From Utricularia gibba (Eukaryota; Plantae; Magnoliophyta), in NCBI GenBank assembly GCA_002189035.1, contig NEEC01000167.1, positions 1 to 38,747 of the forward strand: a stretch of 38,747 bases of DNA. Direction: 5' to 3'. Below, in pieces: positions 1 through 14,420 of the stretch. A program made the translations under genes and the position numbers. Numbering within the stretch: position 1 is the first letter of the stretch; each line of letters begins with the position of its first letter. The notes beneath the pieces are model-generated. The model was not told where the DNA came from, did no database searches, and worked only from the letters and a program-made list of their open reading frames with translations.

Positions 1-3000
1 CTTTTTCCGGTTCCAAGTGCCCCCCAAGACCGCCTCCTCATGTATAAAGTATGTTGTTAAAAAAATCATGTGGGGTGCACGTGACATCATAATTTAAACA
101 AATGCATCATTTTTTTTAATCGATTTGCATCCAGTTGACCTCATGAGCCATACAGAATCGGGGTCAAGGACCAAGTTCCCAGCGAGACTGGCCGCCACAA
201 AACGAGAAGCGGTTCCTTGAAAAACCATGTAGGCAGCCCCGAAAACCGAACGATAATAAATACATCACTTTATTTGCCGGACTACAACTACTCGGGCAAG
301 CCAAACTTACCTTTGTCCGTTCCAGGTGCACCCAAAGACCGCCTGCTCAAGTATAAAGTAAGTTGTTGAAAAAATCATGTGGGGTGCACGTGATATCGCA
401 ATTTAAACAAATGCAACATTGTATTCATCGATTTGCATCCTTTTGTCCTCATGAGCCATAAAGAATCGCGGGCCCGGACCAAGTTCCTAGCGAGACTGGC
501 CGCCACAAAACGAGAAGCTGTTCCTTGAAAAACCATGTAGGCAACACCGAAAACCGAACGTTAATAAATACATCACTTTCTTTGCCGGGCTACAACTTAC
601 TTTGGGCCAAGGCCTAAGCTGACTTTTTCCGGTTCCAAGTGCCCCAAGACCGCCTCCTCATGTATAAAGTATGTTGTTAAAAAAAATCATGTGGGGTGCA
701 CGTGACATCGTAATTTAAACAAATGCATCATTTTTTTTAATCGATTTGCATCCAGTTGACCTCATGAGCCATACAGAATCGGGGTCAAGGACCAAGTTCC
801 CAGCGAGACTGGCCGCCACAAAACGAGAAGCGGTTCCTTGAAAAACCATGTAGGCAGCCCCGAAAACCGAACGATAATAAATACATCACTTTATTTGCCG
901 GACTACAACTACTTTCGGCCAAGCCTAAGCTTCTTTTTCCGGTTCCAGTGCCCCAAGACCGCCTCCTCAAGTATAAAGTAAGTTGTTGAAAAAATCATGT
1001 GGGGTGCACGTGATATCGCAATTTAAACAAATGCAACATTGTCATCGATTTGCATCCTTTTGTCCTCATGAGCCATAAAGAATCGCGGGCCCGGACCAAG
1101 TTCCTAGCGAGACTGGCCGCCACAAAACGAGAAGCTGTTCCTTGAAAAACCATGTAGGCAACACCGAAAACCGAACGTTAATAAATACATCACTTTCTTT
1201 GCCGGGCTACAACTTACTTTGGGCCAAGGCCTAAGCTGATTTTTTTCCGGTTCCAAGTGCCCCAAAGACCGCCTCTCAAGTATAAAGTAAGTTGTTGAAA
1301 AAATCATGTGGGGTGCACGTGACATCATAATTTAAACAAATGCATCATTTTTTTTAATCGATTTGCATCCAGTTGACCTCATGAGCCATACAGAATCGGG
1401 GTCAAGGACCAAGTTCCCAGCGAGACTGGCCGCCACAAAACGAGAAGCGGTTCCTTGAAAAACCATGTAGGCAGCCCCCGAAAACCGAACGATAATAAAT
1501 ACATCACTTTATTTGCCGGACTACAACTAACTTCGGGCAAGCCAAACCTTACTTTGTCCGTTCCAGTGCCCCCAAGACCGCCTCCTCAAGTATAAAGTAA
1601 GTTGTTGAAAAAATCATGTGGGGTGCACGTGATATCGCAATTTAAACAAATGCAACATTGTATTCATCGATTTGCATCCTTTTGTCCTCATGAGCCATAA
1701 AGAATCGCGGGCCCGGACCAAGTTCCTAGCGAGACTGGCCGCCACAAAACGAGAAGCTGTTCCTTGAAAAACCATGTAGGCAACACCGAAAACCGAACGT
1801 TAATAAATACATCACTTTCTTTGCCGGGCTACAACTTACTTTGGGCCAAGGCCTAAGCTGACTTTTTCCGGTTCCAAGTGCCCCAAAGACCGCCTCTCAT
1901 GTATAAAGTAAGTTGTTAAAAAAATCATGTGGGGTGCACGTGACATCGTAATTTAAACAAATGGATCATTTTTTTTAATCGATTTGCATCCAGTTGACCT
2001 CATGAGCCATACAGAATCGGGGTCAAGGACCAAGTTCCCAGCGAGACTGGCCGCCACAAAACGAGAAGCGGTTCCTTGAAAAACCATGTAGGCAGCCCCC
2101 GAAAACCGAACGATAATAAATACATCACTTTATTTGCCGGACTACAACTAACTTTGGGCAAGCCAAACTTACTTTTTCCGTTCCAGTGCACCCAAAGACC
2201 GCCTGCTCAAGTATAAAGTAAGTTGTTGAAAAAATCATGTGGGGTGCACGTGATATCGCAATTTAAAAAATGCAACATTGTATTCATCGATTTGCATCCT
2301 TTGTCCTCATGAGCCATAAAGAATCGCGGGCCCGGACCAAGTTCCTAGCGAGACTGGCCGCCACAAAACGAGAAGCTGTTCCTTGAAAAACCATGTAGGC
2401 AACACCGAAAACCGAACGTTAATAAATACATCACTTTCTTTGCCGGGCTACAACTTACTTTGGGCCAAGGCCTAAGCTGACTTTTTCCGGTTCCAAGTGC
2501 CCCCAAGACCGCCTCCTCATGTATAAAGTATGTTGTTAAAAAAAATCATGTGGGGTGCACGTGACATCGTAATTTAAACAAATGCATCATTTTTTTTAAT
2601 CGATTTGCATCCAGTTGACCTCATGAGCCATACAGAATCGGGGTCAAGGACCAAGTTCCCAGCGAGACTGGCCGCCACAAAACGAGAAGCGGTTCCTTGA
2701 AAAACCATGTAGGCAGCCCCCGAAAACCGAACGATAATAAATACATCACTTTATTTGCCGGACTACAACTAACTCTCGGTGCAAGCCAAACCTTACTTTG
2801 TCCCGTTCCAGGTGCACCCAAAGACCGCCTGCTCAAGTATAAAGTAAGTTGTTGAAAAAATCATGTGGGGTGCACGTGATATCGCAATTTAAACAAATGC
2901 AACATTGTATTCATCGATTTGCATCCTTTTGTCCTCATGAGCCATAAAGAATCGCGGGCCCGGACCAAGTTCCTAGCGAGACTGGCCGCCACAAAACGAG

Positions 3001-6000
3001 AAGCTGTTCCTTGAAAAACCATGTAGGCAACACCGAAAACCGAACGTTAATAAATACATCACTTTCTTTGCCGGGCTACAACTTACTTTGGGCCAAGGCC
3101 TAAGCTGACCTTTTTCCGGTTCCAAGTGCCCCCCAAGACCGCCTCCTCATGTATAAAGTATGTTGTTAAAAAAATCATGTGGGGTGCACGTGACATCGTA
3201 ATTTAAACAAATGCATCATTTTTTTTAATCGATTTGCATCCAGTTGACCTCATGAGCCATACAGAATCGGGGTCAAGGACCAAGTTCCCAGCGAGACTGG
3301 CCGCCACAAAACGAGAAGCGGTTCCTTGAAAAACCATGTAGGCAGCCCCCGAAAACCGAACGATAATAAATACATCACTTTATTTGCCGGACTACAACTA
3401 ACTCTCGGGCAAGCCAAACCTTACCTTTGTCCGTTCCAGGTGCCCCAAAGACCGCCTCTCAAGTATAAAGTAAGTTGTTGAAAAAATCATGTGGGGTGCA
3501 CGTGATATCGCAATTTAAACAAATGCAACATTGTATTCATCGATTTGCATCCTTTTGTCCTCATGAGCCATAAAGAATCGCGGGCCCGGACCAAGTTCCT
3601 AGCGAGACTGGCCGCCACAAAACGAGAAGCTGTTCCTTGAAAAACCATGTAGGCAACACCGAAAACCGAACGTTAATAAATACATCACTTTCTTTGCCGG
3701 GCTACAACTTACTTTGGGCCAAGGCCTAAGCTGACTTTTTCCGGTTCCAAGTGCACCCAAAGACCGCCTCTCAAGTATAAAGTAAGTTGTTAAAAAATCA
3801 TGTGGGGTGCACGTGACATCATAATTTAAACAAATGCATCATTTTTTTTAATCGATTTGCATCCAGTTGACCTCATGAGCCATACAGAATCGGGGTCAAG
3901 GACCAAGTTCCCAGCGAGACTGGCCGCCAAAAACGAGAAGCGGTTCCTTGAAAAACCATGTAGGCAGCCCCCGAAAACCGAACGATAATAAATACATCAC
4001 TTTATTTGCCGGACTACAACTACTTTGGGCAAGCCTAAGCCTTTTTCCGTTCCAGTGCCCCCAAAGACCGCCTCCTCAAGTATAAAGTAAGTTGTTGAAA
4101 AAATCATGTGGGGTGCACGTGATATCGCAATTTAAACAAATGCAACATTGTATTCATCGATTTGCATCCTTTTGTCCTCATGAGCCATAAAGAATCGCGG
4201 GCCCGGACCAAGTTCCTAGCGAGACTGGCCGCCACAAAACGAGAAGCTGTTCCTTGAAAAACCATGTAGGCAACACGGAAAACCGAACGTTAATAAATAC
4301 ATCACTTTCTTTGCCGGGCTACAACTTACTTTGGGCCAAGGCCTAAGCTGATCTTTTTCCGGTTCCAAGTGCACCCAAGACCGCCTCTCAAGTATAAAGT
4401 AAGTTGTTGAAAAAATCATGTGGGGTGCACGTGACATCATAATTTAAACAAATGGATCATTTTTTTTAATCGATTTGCATCCAGTTGACCTCATGAGCCA
4501 TACAGAATCGGGGTCAAGGACCAAGTTCCCAGCGAGACTGGCCGCCACAAAACGAGAAGCGGTTCCTTGAAAAACCATGTAGGCAGCCCCCGAAAACCGA
4601 ACGATAATAAATACATCACTTTATTTGCCGGACTACAACTCAAGCCAAACTTACTTTTTCCGTTCCAGTGCACCCAAGACCGCCCTCAGTATAAAGTAAG
4701 TTGTTGAAAAAATCATGTGGGGTGCACGTGATATCGCAATTTAAACAAATGCAACATTGTATTCATCGATTTGCATCCTTTTGTCCTCATGAGCCATAAA
4801 GAATCGCGGGCCCGGACCAAGTTCCTAGCGAGACTGGCCGCCACAAAAAAGAAGCTGTTCCTTGAAAAACCATGTAGGCAACACCGAAAACCGAACGTTA
4901 ATAAATACATCACTTTCTTTGCCGGGCTACAACTTACTTTGGGCCAAGGCCTAAGCTGACCTTTTTCCGGTTCCAAGTGCCCCCAAGACCGCCTCCTCAT
5001 GTATAAAGTAAGTTGTTAAAAAATCATGTGGGGTGCACGTGACATCGTAATTTAAACAAATGCATCATTTTTTTTAATCGATTTGCATCCAGTTGACCTC
5101 ATGAGCCATACAGAATCGGGGTCAAGGACCAAGTTCCCAGCGAGACTGGCCGCCACAAAACGAGAAGCGGTTCCTTGAAAAACCATGTAGGCAGCCCCCG
5201 AAAACCGAACGATAATAAATACATCACTTTATTTGCCGGACTACAACTAACTCTCGGCAAGCCAAACCTTACCTTTGTCCCGTTCCAGGTGCACCCAAAG
5301 ACCGCCTGCTCAAGTATAAAGTAAGTTGTTGAAAAAATCATGTGGGGTGCACGTGATATCGCAATTTAAACAAATGCAACATTGTATTCATCGATTTGCA
5401 TCCTTTTGTCCTCATGAGCCATAAAGAATCGCGGCCGGACCAAGTTCCTAGCGAGACTGGCCGCCACAAAACGAGAAGCTGTTCCTTGAAAAACCATGTA
5501 GGCAACACCGAAAACCGAACGTTAATAAATACATCACTTTCTTTGCCGGGCTACAACTTACTTTGGGCCAAGGCCTAAGCTGACTTTTTCCGGTTCCAAG
5601 TGCCCCAAAGACCGCCTTCTCAAGTATAAAGTAAGTTGTTGAAAAAATCATGTGGGGTGCACGTGACATCATAATTTAAACAAATGCATCATTTTTTTTA
5701 ATCGATTTGCATCCAGTTGACCTCATGAGCCATACAGAATCGGGGTCAAGGACCAAGTTCCGCGAGACTGGCCGCCACAAAACGAGAAGCGGTTCCTTGA
5801 AAAACATGTAGGCAGCCCCCGAAAACCGAACGATAATAAATACATCACTTTATTTGCCGGACTACAACTTACTTTGTAAGCTTTTTTCCGGTTCCAAGTG
5901 CCCCCAAGACCGCCTCCTCATGTATAAAGTAAGTTGTTGAAAAAATCATGTGGGGTGCACGTGACATCGTAATTTAAACAAATGCATCATTTTTTTAATC

Positions 6001-6479
6001 GATTTGCATCCAGTTGACCTCATGAGCCATACAGAATCGGGGTCAAGGACCAAGTTCCCAGCGAGACTGGCCGCCACAAAACGAGAAGCGGTTCCTTGAA
6101 AAACCATGTAGGCAGCCCCCGAAAACCGAACGATAATAAATACATCACTTTAACTACAACTAAAAGCCAAACCTTTTCCCGTTCCAGTGCACCCAAAGAC
6201 CGCCTCTCAAGTATAAAGTAAGTTGTTGAAAAAATCATGTGGGGTGCACGTGATATCGCAATTTAAACAAATGCAACATTGTATTCATCGATTTGCATCC
6301 TTTTGTCCTCATGAGCCATAAAGAATCGCGGCCCGGACCAAGTTCCTAGCGAGACTGGCCGCCACAAAACGAGAAGCTGTTCCTTGAAAAACCATGTAGG
6401 CAACACCGAAAACCGAACGTTAATAAATACATCACTTTCTTTGCCGGGCTACAACTTACTTTGGGCCAAGGCCTAAGCT

Positions 6480-9400
6480 GACCTTTTTCCGGTTCCAAGT
6501 GCCCCCCAAGACCGCCTCCTCATGTATAAAGTAAGTTGTTAAAAAAAATCATGTGGGGTGCACGTGACATCGTAATTTAAACAAATGCATCATTTTTTTT
6601 AATCGATTTGCATCCAGTTGACCTCATGAGCCATACAGAATCGGGGTCAAGGACCAAGTTCCCAGCGAGACTGGCCGCCACAAAACGAGAAGCGGTTCCT
6701 TGAAAAACCATGTAGGCAGCCCCCGAAAACCGAACGATAATAATACATCACTTTATTTGCCGGACTACAACTAACTCTCGGGCAAGCCAAACCTTACCTT
6801 TGTCCCGTTCCAGGTGCACCCAAAGACCGCCTCTCAAGTATAAAGTAAGTTGTTGAAAAAATCATGTGGGTGCACGTGATATCGCAATTTAAACAAATGC
6901 AACATTGTATTCATCGATTTGCATCCTTTTGTCCTCATGAGCCATAAAGAATCGCGGGCCCGGACCAAGTTCCTAGCGAGACTGGCCGCCACAAAACGAG
7001 AAGCTGTTCCTTGAAAAACCATGTAGGCAACACCGAAAACCGAACGTTAATAAATACATCACTTTCTTTGCCGGGCTACAACTTACTTTGGGCCAAGGCC
7101 TAAGCTGATCTTTTTCCGGTTCCAAGTGCACCCAAAGACCGCCTTCTCAAGTATAAAGTAAGTTGTTGAAAAAATCATGTGGGGTGCACGTGACATCATA
7201 ATTTAAACAAATGATCATTTTTTTTAATCGATTTGCATCCAGTTGACCTCATGAGCCATACAGAATCGGGGTCAAGGACCAAGTTCCCAGCGAGACTGGC
7301 CGCCACAAACGAGAAGCGTTCCTTGAAAAACCATGTAGGCAGCCCCCGAAAACCGAACGATAATAAATACATCACTTTATTTGCCGGACTACAACTTAAC
7401 TTTGGCAAGCCAAACTGACCTTTTTCCGTTCCAGTGCCCCCAAGACCGCCTCTCAAGTATAAAGTAAGTTGTTGAAAAAATCATGTGGGGTGCACGTGAT
7501 ATCGCAATTTAAACAAATGCAACATTGTATTCATCGATTTGCATCCTTTTGTCCTCATGAGCCATAAAGAATCGCGGGCCCGGACCAAGTTCCTAGCGAG
7601 ACTGGCCGCCACAAAACGAGAAGCTGTTCCTTGAAAAACCATGTAGGCAACACCGAAAACCGAACGTTAATAAATACATCACTTTCTTTGCCGGGCTACA
7701 ACTTACTTTGGGCCAAGGCCTAAGCTGATCTTTTTCCGGTTCCAAGTGCACCCAAAGACCGCCTTCTCAAGTATAAAGTAAGTTGTTGAAAAAAATCATG
7801 TGGGGTGCACGTGACATCATAATTTAAACAAATGGATCATTTTTTTTAATCGATTTGCATCCAGTTGACCTCATGAGCCATACAGAATCGGGGTCAAGGA
7901 CCAAGTTCCCAGCGAGACTGGCCGCCACAAAACGAGAAGCGGTTCCTTGAAAAACCATGTAGGCAGCCCCCGAAAACCGAACGATAATAAATACATCACT
8001 TTATTTGCCGGACTACAACTAACTGGGCAAGCCAAACTTTTTCCGTTCCAGTGCACCCAAAGACCGCCTGCTCAAGTATAAAGTAAGTTGTTGAAAAAAT
8101 CATGTGGGGTGCACGTGATATCGCAATTTAAACAAATGCAACATTGTATTCATCGATTTGCATCCTTTTGTCCTCATGAGCCATAAAGAATCGCGGGCCC
8201 GGACCAAGTTCCTAGCGAGACTGGCCGCCACAAAACGAGAAGCTGTTCCTTGAAAAACCATGTAGGCAACACCGAAAACCGAACGTTAATAAATACATCA
8301 CTTTCTTTGCCGGGCTACAACTTACTTTGGGCCAAGGCCTAAGCTGACCTTTTTCCGGTTCCAAGTGCCCCCAAGACCGCCTCCTCATGTATAAAGTATG
8401 TTGTTAAAAAAAATCATGTGGGGTGCACGTGACATCGTAATTTAAACAATGCATCATTTTTTTTAATCGATTTGCATCCAGTTGACCTCATGAGCCATAC
8501 AGAATCGGGGTCAAGGACCAAGTTCCCAGCGAGACTGGCCGCCACAAAACGAGAAGCGGTTCCTTGAAAAACCATGTAGGCAGCCCCCGAAAACCGAACG
8601 ATAATAAATACATCACTTTATTTGCCGGACTACAACTAACTCTCGGTGCAAGCCAAACCTTACCTTTGTCCCGTTCCAGGTGCACCCAAAGACCGCCTGC
8701 TCAAGTATAAAGTAAGTTGTTGAAAAAATCATGTGGGGTGCACGTGATATCGCAATTTAACAAATGCAACATTGTATTCATCGATTTGCATCCTTTTGTC
8801 CTCATGAGCCATAAAGAATCGCGGGCCCGGACCAAGTTCCTAGCGAGACTGGCCGCCACAAAACGAGAAGCTGTTCCTTGAAAAACCATGTAGGCAACAC
8901 CGAAAACCGAACGTTAATAAATACATCACTTTCTTTGCCGGGCTACAACTTACTTTGGGCCAAGGCCTAAGCTGACCTTTTTCCGGTTCCAAGTGCCCCA
9001 AAGACCGCCTCTCAAGTATAAAGTAAGTTGTTGAAAAAAATCATGTGGGGTGCACGTGACATCATAATTTAAACAAATGCATCATTTTTTTTAATCGATT
9101 TGCATCCAGTTGACCTCATGAGCCATACAGAATCGGGGTCAAGGACCAAGTTCCCAGCGAGACTGGCCGCCACAAAACGAGAAGCGGTTCCTTGAAAAAC
9201 CATGTAGGCAGCCCCCGAAAACCGAACGATAATAAATACATCACTTTATTTGCCGGACTACAACTAACTTCGGTGCAAGCCAAACCTTTTTCCGTTCCAG
9301 TGCACCCCAAGACCGCCTGCTCAAGTATAAAGTAAGTTGTTGAAAAAATCATGTGGGGTGCACGTGATATCGCAATTTAAACAAATGCAACATTGTTTTC

Positions 9401-12400
9401 ATCGATTTGCATCCTTTTGTCCTCATGAGCCATAAAGAATCGCGGGCCCGGACCAAGTTCCTAGCGAGACTGGCCGCCACAAAACGAGAAGCTGTTCCTT
9501 GAAAAACCATGTAGGCAACACCGAAAACCGAACGTTAATAAATACATCACTTTCTTTGCCGGGCTACAACTTACTTTGGGCCAAGGCCTAAGCTGATCTT
9601 TTTCCGGTTCCAAGTGCACCCAAAGACCGCCTTCTCAAGTATAAAGTAAGTTGTTGAAAAAATCATGTGGGGTGCACGTGACATCATAATTTAAACAAAT
9701 GGATCATTTTTTTTAATCGATTTGCATCCAGTTGACCTCATGAGCCATACAGAATCGGGGTCAAGGACCAAGTTCCCAGCGAGACTGGCCGCCACAAAAC
9801 GAGAAGCGGTTCCTTGAAAAACCATGTAGGCAGCCCCCGAAAACCGAACGATAATAAATACATCACTTTATTTGCCGGACTACAACTAACTCTCGGCCAA
9901 GCCAAACTTACCTTTGTCCCGTTCCAGGTGCACCCAAAGACCGCCTGCTCAAGTATAAAGTAAGTTGTTGAAAAAATCATGTGGGGTGCACGTGATATCG
10001 CAATTTAAACAAATGCAACATTGTATTCATCGATTTGCATCCTTTTGTCCTCATGAGCCATAAAGAATCGCGGGCCCGGACCAAGTTCCTAGCGAGACTG
10101 GCCGCCACAAAACGAGAAGCTGTTCCTTGAAAAACCATGTAGGCAACACGAAAACCGAACGTTAATAAATACATCACTTTCTTTGCCGGGCTACAACTTA
10201 CTTTGGGCCAAGGCCTAAGCTGACCTTTTTCCGGTTCCAAGTGCCCCCAAGACCGCCTCCTCATGTATAAAGTATGTTGTTGAAAAAATCATGTGGGGTG
10301 CACGTGACATCGTAATTTAAACAAATGCATCATTTTTTTAATCGATTTGCATCCAGTTGACCTCATGAGCCATACAGAATCGGGGTCAAGGACCAAGTTC
10401 CAGCGAGACTGGCCGCCACAAAACGAGAAGCGGTTCCTTGAAAAACCATGTAGGCAGCCCCCGAAAACCGAACGATAATAAATACATCACTTTATTTGCC
10501 GGACTACAACTAGGCAAGCCAAACCTTTTTCCGTTCCAGTGCCCCAAAGACCGCCTCTCAAGTATAAAGTAAGTTGTTGAAAAAATCATGTGGGGTGCAC
10601 GTGAATCGCAATTTAAACAAATGCAACATTTAATCGATTTGCATCCTTTTGTCTCATGAGCCATAAAGAATCGCGGGCCCGGACCAAGTTCCTAGCGAGA
10701 CTGGCCGCCACAAAACGAGAAGCTGTTCCTTGAAAAACCATGTAGGCAACACGAAAACCGAACGTTAATAAATACATCACTTTCTTTGCCGGGCTACAAC
10801 TTACTTTGGGCCAAGGCCTAAGCTGACTTTTTCCGGTTCCAAGTGCCCCAAAGACCGCCTCTCAAGTATAAAGTAAGTTGTTGAAAAAATCATGTGGGGT
10901 GCACGTGATGCAAATTTAAACAAGCATGCAACCATTTTTTCATGATAATAAATACATCACTTTATTTGCCGGACTACAACTACTTTGTCCTCATGCAAGC
11001 CAAGTACGGGGCCCGCTTTGGACCAAGTTCGTAGCGAGACTGGCCGCCACAAAACGAGAAGCTGTTCCTTGAAAAACCATGTAGGCAACACCGAAAACCG
11101 AACGTTAATAAATACATCACTTTCTTTGCCGGGCTACAACTTACTTTGGGCCAAGGCCTAAGCTGATCTTTTTCCGGTTCCAAGTGCACCCAAAGACCGC
11201 CTCTCAAGTATAAAGTAAGTTGTTGAAAAAATCATGTGGGGTGCACGTGACATCATAATTTAAACAAATGCATCATTTTTTTTAATCGATTTGCATCCAG
11301 TTGACCTCATGAGCCATACAGAATCGGGGTCAAGGACCAAGTTCCCAGCGAGACTGGCCGCACAAAACGAGAAGCGGTTCCTTGAAAAACCATGTAGGCA
11401 GCCCCGAAAACCGAACGATAATAAATACATCACTTTATTTGCCGGACTACAACTTAACTTTGGCAAGCCAAGCTTACCTTTTTCCGTTCCAGTGCCCCCA
11501 AGACCGCCTGCTCAAGTATAAAGTAAGTTGTTGAAAAAATCATGTGGGGTGCACGTGATATCGCAATTTAAACAAATGCAACATTGTATTCATCGATTTG
11601 CATCCTTTTGTCCTCATGAGCCATAAAGAATCGCGGGCCCGGACCAAGTTCCTAGCGAGACTGGCCGCCACAAAACGAGAAGCTGTTCCTTGAAAAACCA
11701 TGTAGGCAACACCGAAAACCGAACGTTAATAAATACATCACTTTCTTTGCCGGGCTACAACTTACTTTGGGCCAAGGCCTAAGTTTCCGATCCAAGTGCA
11801 CCCAAAGACCGCACCCTGACCGTATCAAGTAATAAAGTAAGTTGAAAAAAATCATGTGGGGTGCACGTGACATCATAATTTAAACAAATGGATCATTTTT
11901 TTTAATCGATTTGCATCCAGTTGACCTCATGAGCCATACAGAATCGGGGTCAAGGACCAAGTTCCCAGCGAGACTGGCCGCCACAAAACGAGAAGCGGTT
12001 CCTTGAAAAACCATGTAGGCAGCCCCCGAAAACCGAACGATAATAAATACATCACTTTATTTGCCGGACTACAACTACTAAGCCAAACCTTTTTCCGTCA
12101 GTGCACCCAAGACCGCCTGCTCAAGTATAAAGTAAGTTGTTGAAAAAATCATGTGGGGTGCACGTGATATCGCAATTTAAACAAATGCAACATTTAATCG
12201 ATTTGCATCCTTTTGTCCTCATGAGCCATAAAGAATCGTGCGGACCCAAAGACCCTTGCCTGCTGTACGCCAAGTAAAACGAAAGCATGTGGGGTGCACG
12301 TGATAAAAACGCATCATTTAAACAAATGCAACAGAAAACCGATTTAATAAATACATCACTTTCTTTGCCTTTGTCCTGCTACAACTTACTTTGGGCCAAG

Positions 12401-14420
12401 CCCGGACCAAGTTCCTAGCGAGACTGGCCGCCACAAAACGAGAAGCTGTTCCTTGAAAACCACCATTCCAAGTGCGACCCAAAGACCGCCTCCTCATGTA
12501 TAAAGTATGTTGTTGAAAAAATCATGTGGGGTGCACGTGACATCATAATTTAAACAAATGCATCATTTTTTTTAATCGATTTGCATCCAGTTGACCTCAT
12601 GAGCCATACAGAATCGGGGTCAAGGACCAAGTTCCCAGCGAGACTGGCCGCCACAAAACGAGAAGCGGTTCCTTGAAAAACCATGTAGGCAGCCCCGAAA
12701 ACCGAACGATAATAAATACATCACTTTATTTGCCGGACTACAACTAACTCTCGGCAAGCCAAACCTTACCTTTGTCCGTTCCAGGTGCACCCAAAGACCG
12801 CCTCTCAAGTATAAAGTAAGTTGTTGAAAAAATCATGTGGGGTGCACGTGATATCGCAATTTAAACAAATGCAACATTGTATTCATCGATTTGCATCCTT
12901 TTGTCCTCATGAGCCATAAAGAATCGCGGCCCGGACCAAGTTCCTAGCGAGACTGGCCGCCACAAAACGAGAAGCTGTTCCTTGAAAAACCATGTAGGCA
13001 ACACCGAAAACCGAACGTTAATAAATACATCACTTTCTTTGCCGGGCTACAACTTACTTTGGGCCAAGGCCTAAGCTGATCTTTTTCCGGTTCCAAGTGC
13101 ACCAAAGACCGCCTTCTCAAGTATAAAGTAAGTTGTTGAAAAAATCATGTGGGGTGCACGTGACATCATAATTTAAACAAATGGATCATTTTTTTTAATC
13201 GATTTGCATCCAGTTGACCTCATGAGCCATACAGAATCGGGTCAAGGACCAAGTTCCCAGCGAGACTGGCCGCCACAAAACGAGAAGCGGTTCCTTGAAA
13301 AACCATGTAGGCAGCCCCGAAAACCGAACGATAATAAATACATCACTTTATTTGCCGGACTACAACTAACTCTCGGTGCAAGCCAAACCTTACCTTTGTC
13401 CCGTTCCAGGTGCACCCAAAGACCGCCTGCTCAAGTATAAAGTAAGTTGTTGAAAAAATCATGTGGGGTGCACGTGATATCGCAATTTAAACAAATGCAA
13501 CATTGTATTCATCGATTTGCATCCTTTTGTCCTCATGAGCCATAAAGAATCGCGGGCCCGGACCAAGTTCCTAGCGAGACTGGCCGCCACAAAACGAGAA
13601 GCTGTTCCTTGAAAAACCATGTAGGCAACACCGAAAACCGAACGTTAATAAATACATCACTTTCTTTGCCGGGCTACAACTTACTTTGGGCCAAGGCCTA
13701 AGCTGATCTTTTTCCGGTTCCAAGTGCACCCAAAGACCGCCTTCTCATATAAAGTAAGTTGTTGAAAAAATCATGTGGGGTGCACGTGACATCATAATTT
13801 AAACAAATGGATCATTTTTTTTAATCGATTTGCATCCAGTTGACCTCATGAGCCATACAGAATCGGGGTCAAGGACCAAGTTCCCAGCGAGACTGGCCGC
13901 CACAAAACGAGAAGCGGTTCCTTGAAAAACCATGTAGGCAGCCCCCGAAAACCGAACGATAATAAATACATCACTTTATTTGCCGGACTACAACTAACTT
14001 TGGTGCAAGCCAAACTTTTCCGTTCCAGTGCCCCCAAAGACCGCCCTCAAGTATAAAGTAAGTTGTTGAAAAAATCATGTGGGTGCACGTGATATCGCAA
14101 TTTAAACAAATGCAACATTGTATTCATCGATTTGCATCCTTTTGTCCTCATGAGCCATAAAGAATCGCGGGCCCGGACCAAGTTCCTAGCGAGACTGGCC
14201 GCCACAAAACGAGAAGCTGTTCCTTGAAAAACCATGTAGGCAACACCGAAAACCGAACGTTAATAAATACATCACTTTCTTTGCCGGGCTACAACTTACT
14301 TTGGGCCAAGGCCTAAGCTGACCTTTTTCCGGTTCCAAGTGCCCCCCAAGACCGCCTCTCATGTATAAAGTATGTTGTTAAAAAAATCATGTGGGGTGCA
14401 CGTGACATCGTAATTTAAAC
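6480..14420 (+). repeat. Sub-domain with T1-T2-T2 junction pattern (~1.87-kb super-period)
   Basis: T1-type junctions lie at 6550, 8415, 10290, 12523 (T1 tail, mixed head) and 14388, with spacings of 1865, 1875, 2233 (spans a scrambled patch) and 1865. Two T2-like junctions lie between each pair. Confidence 0.55.
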
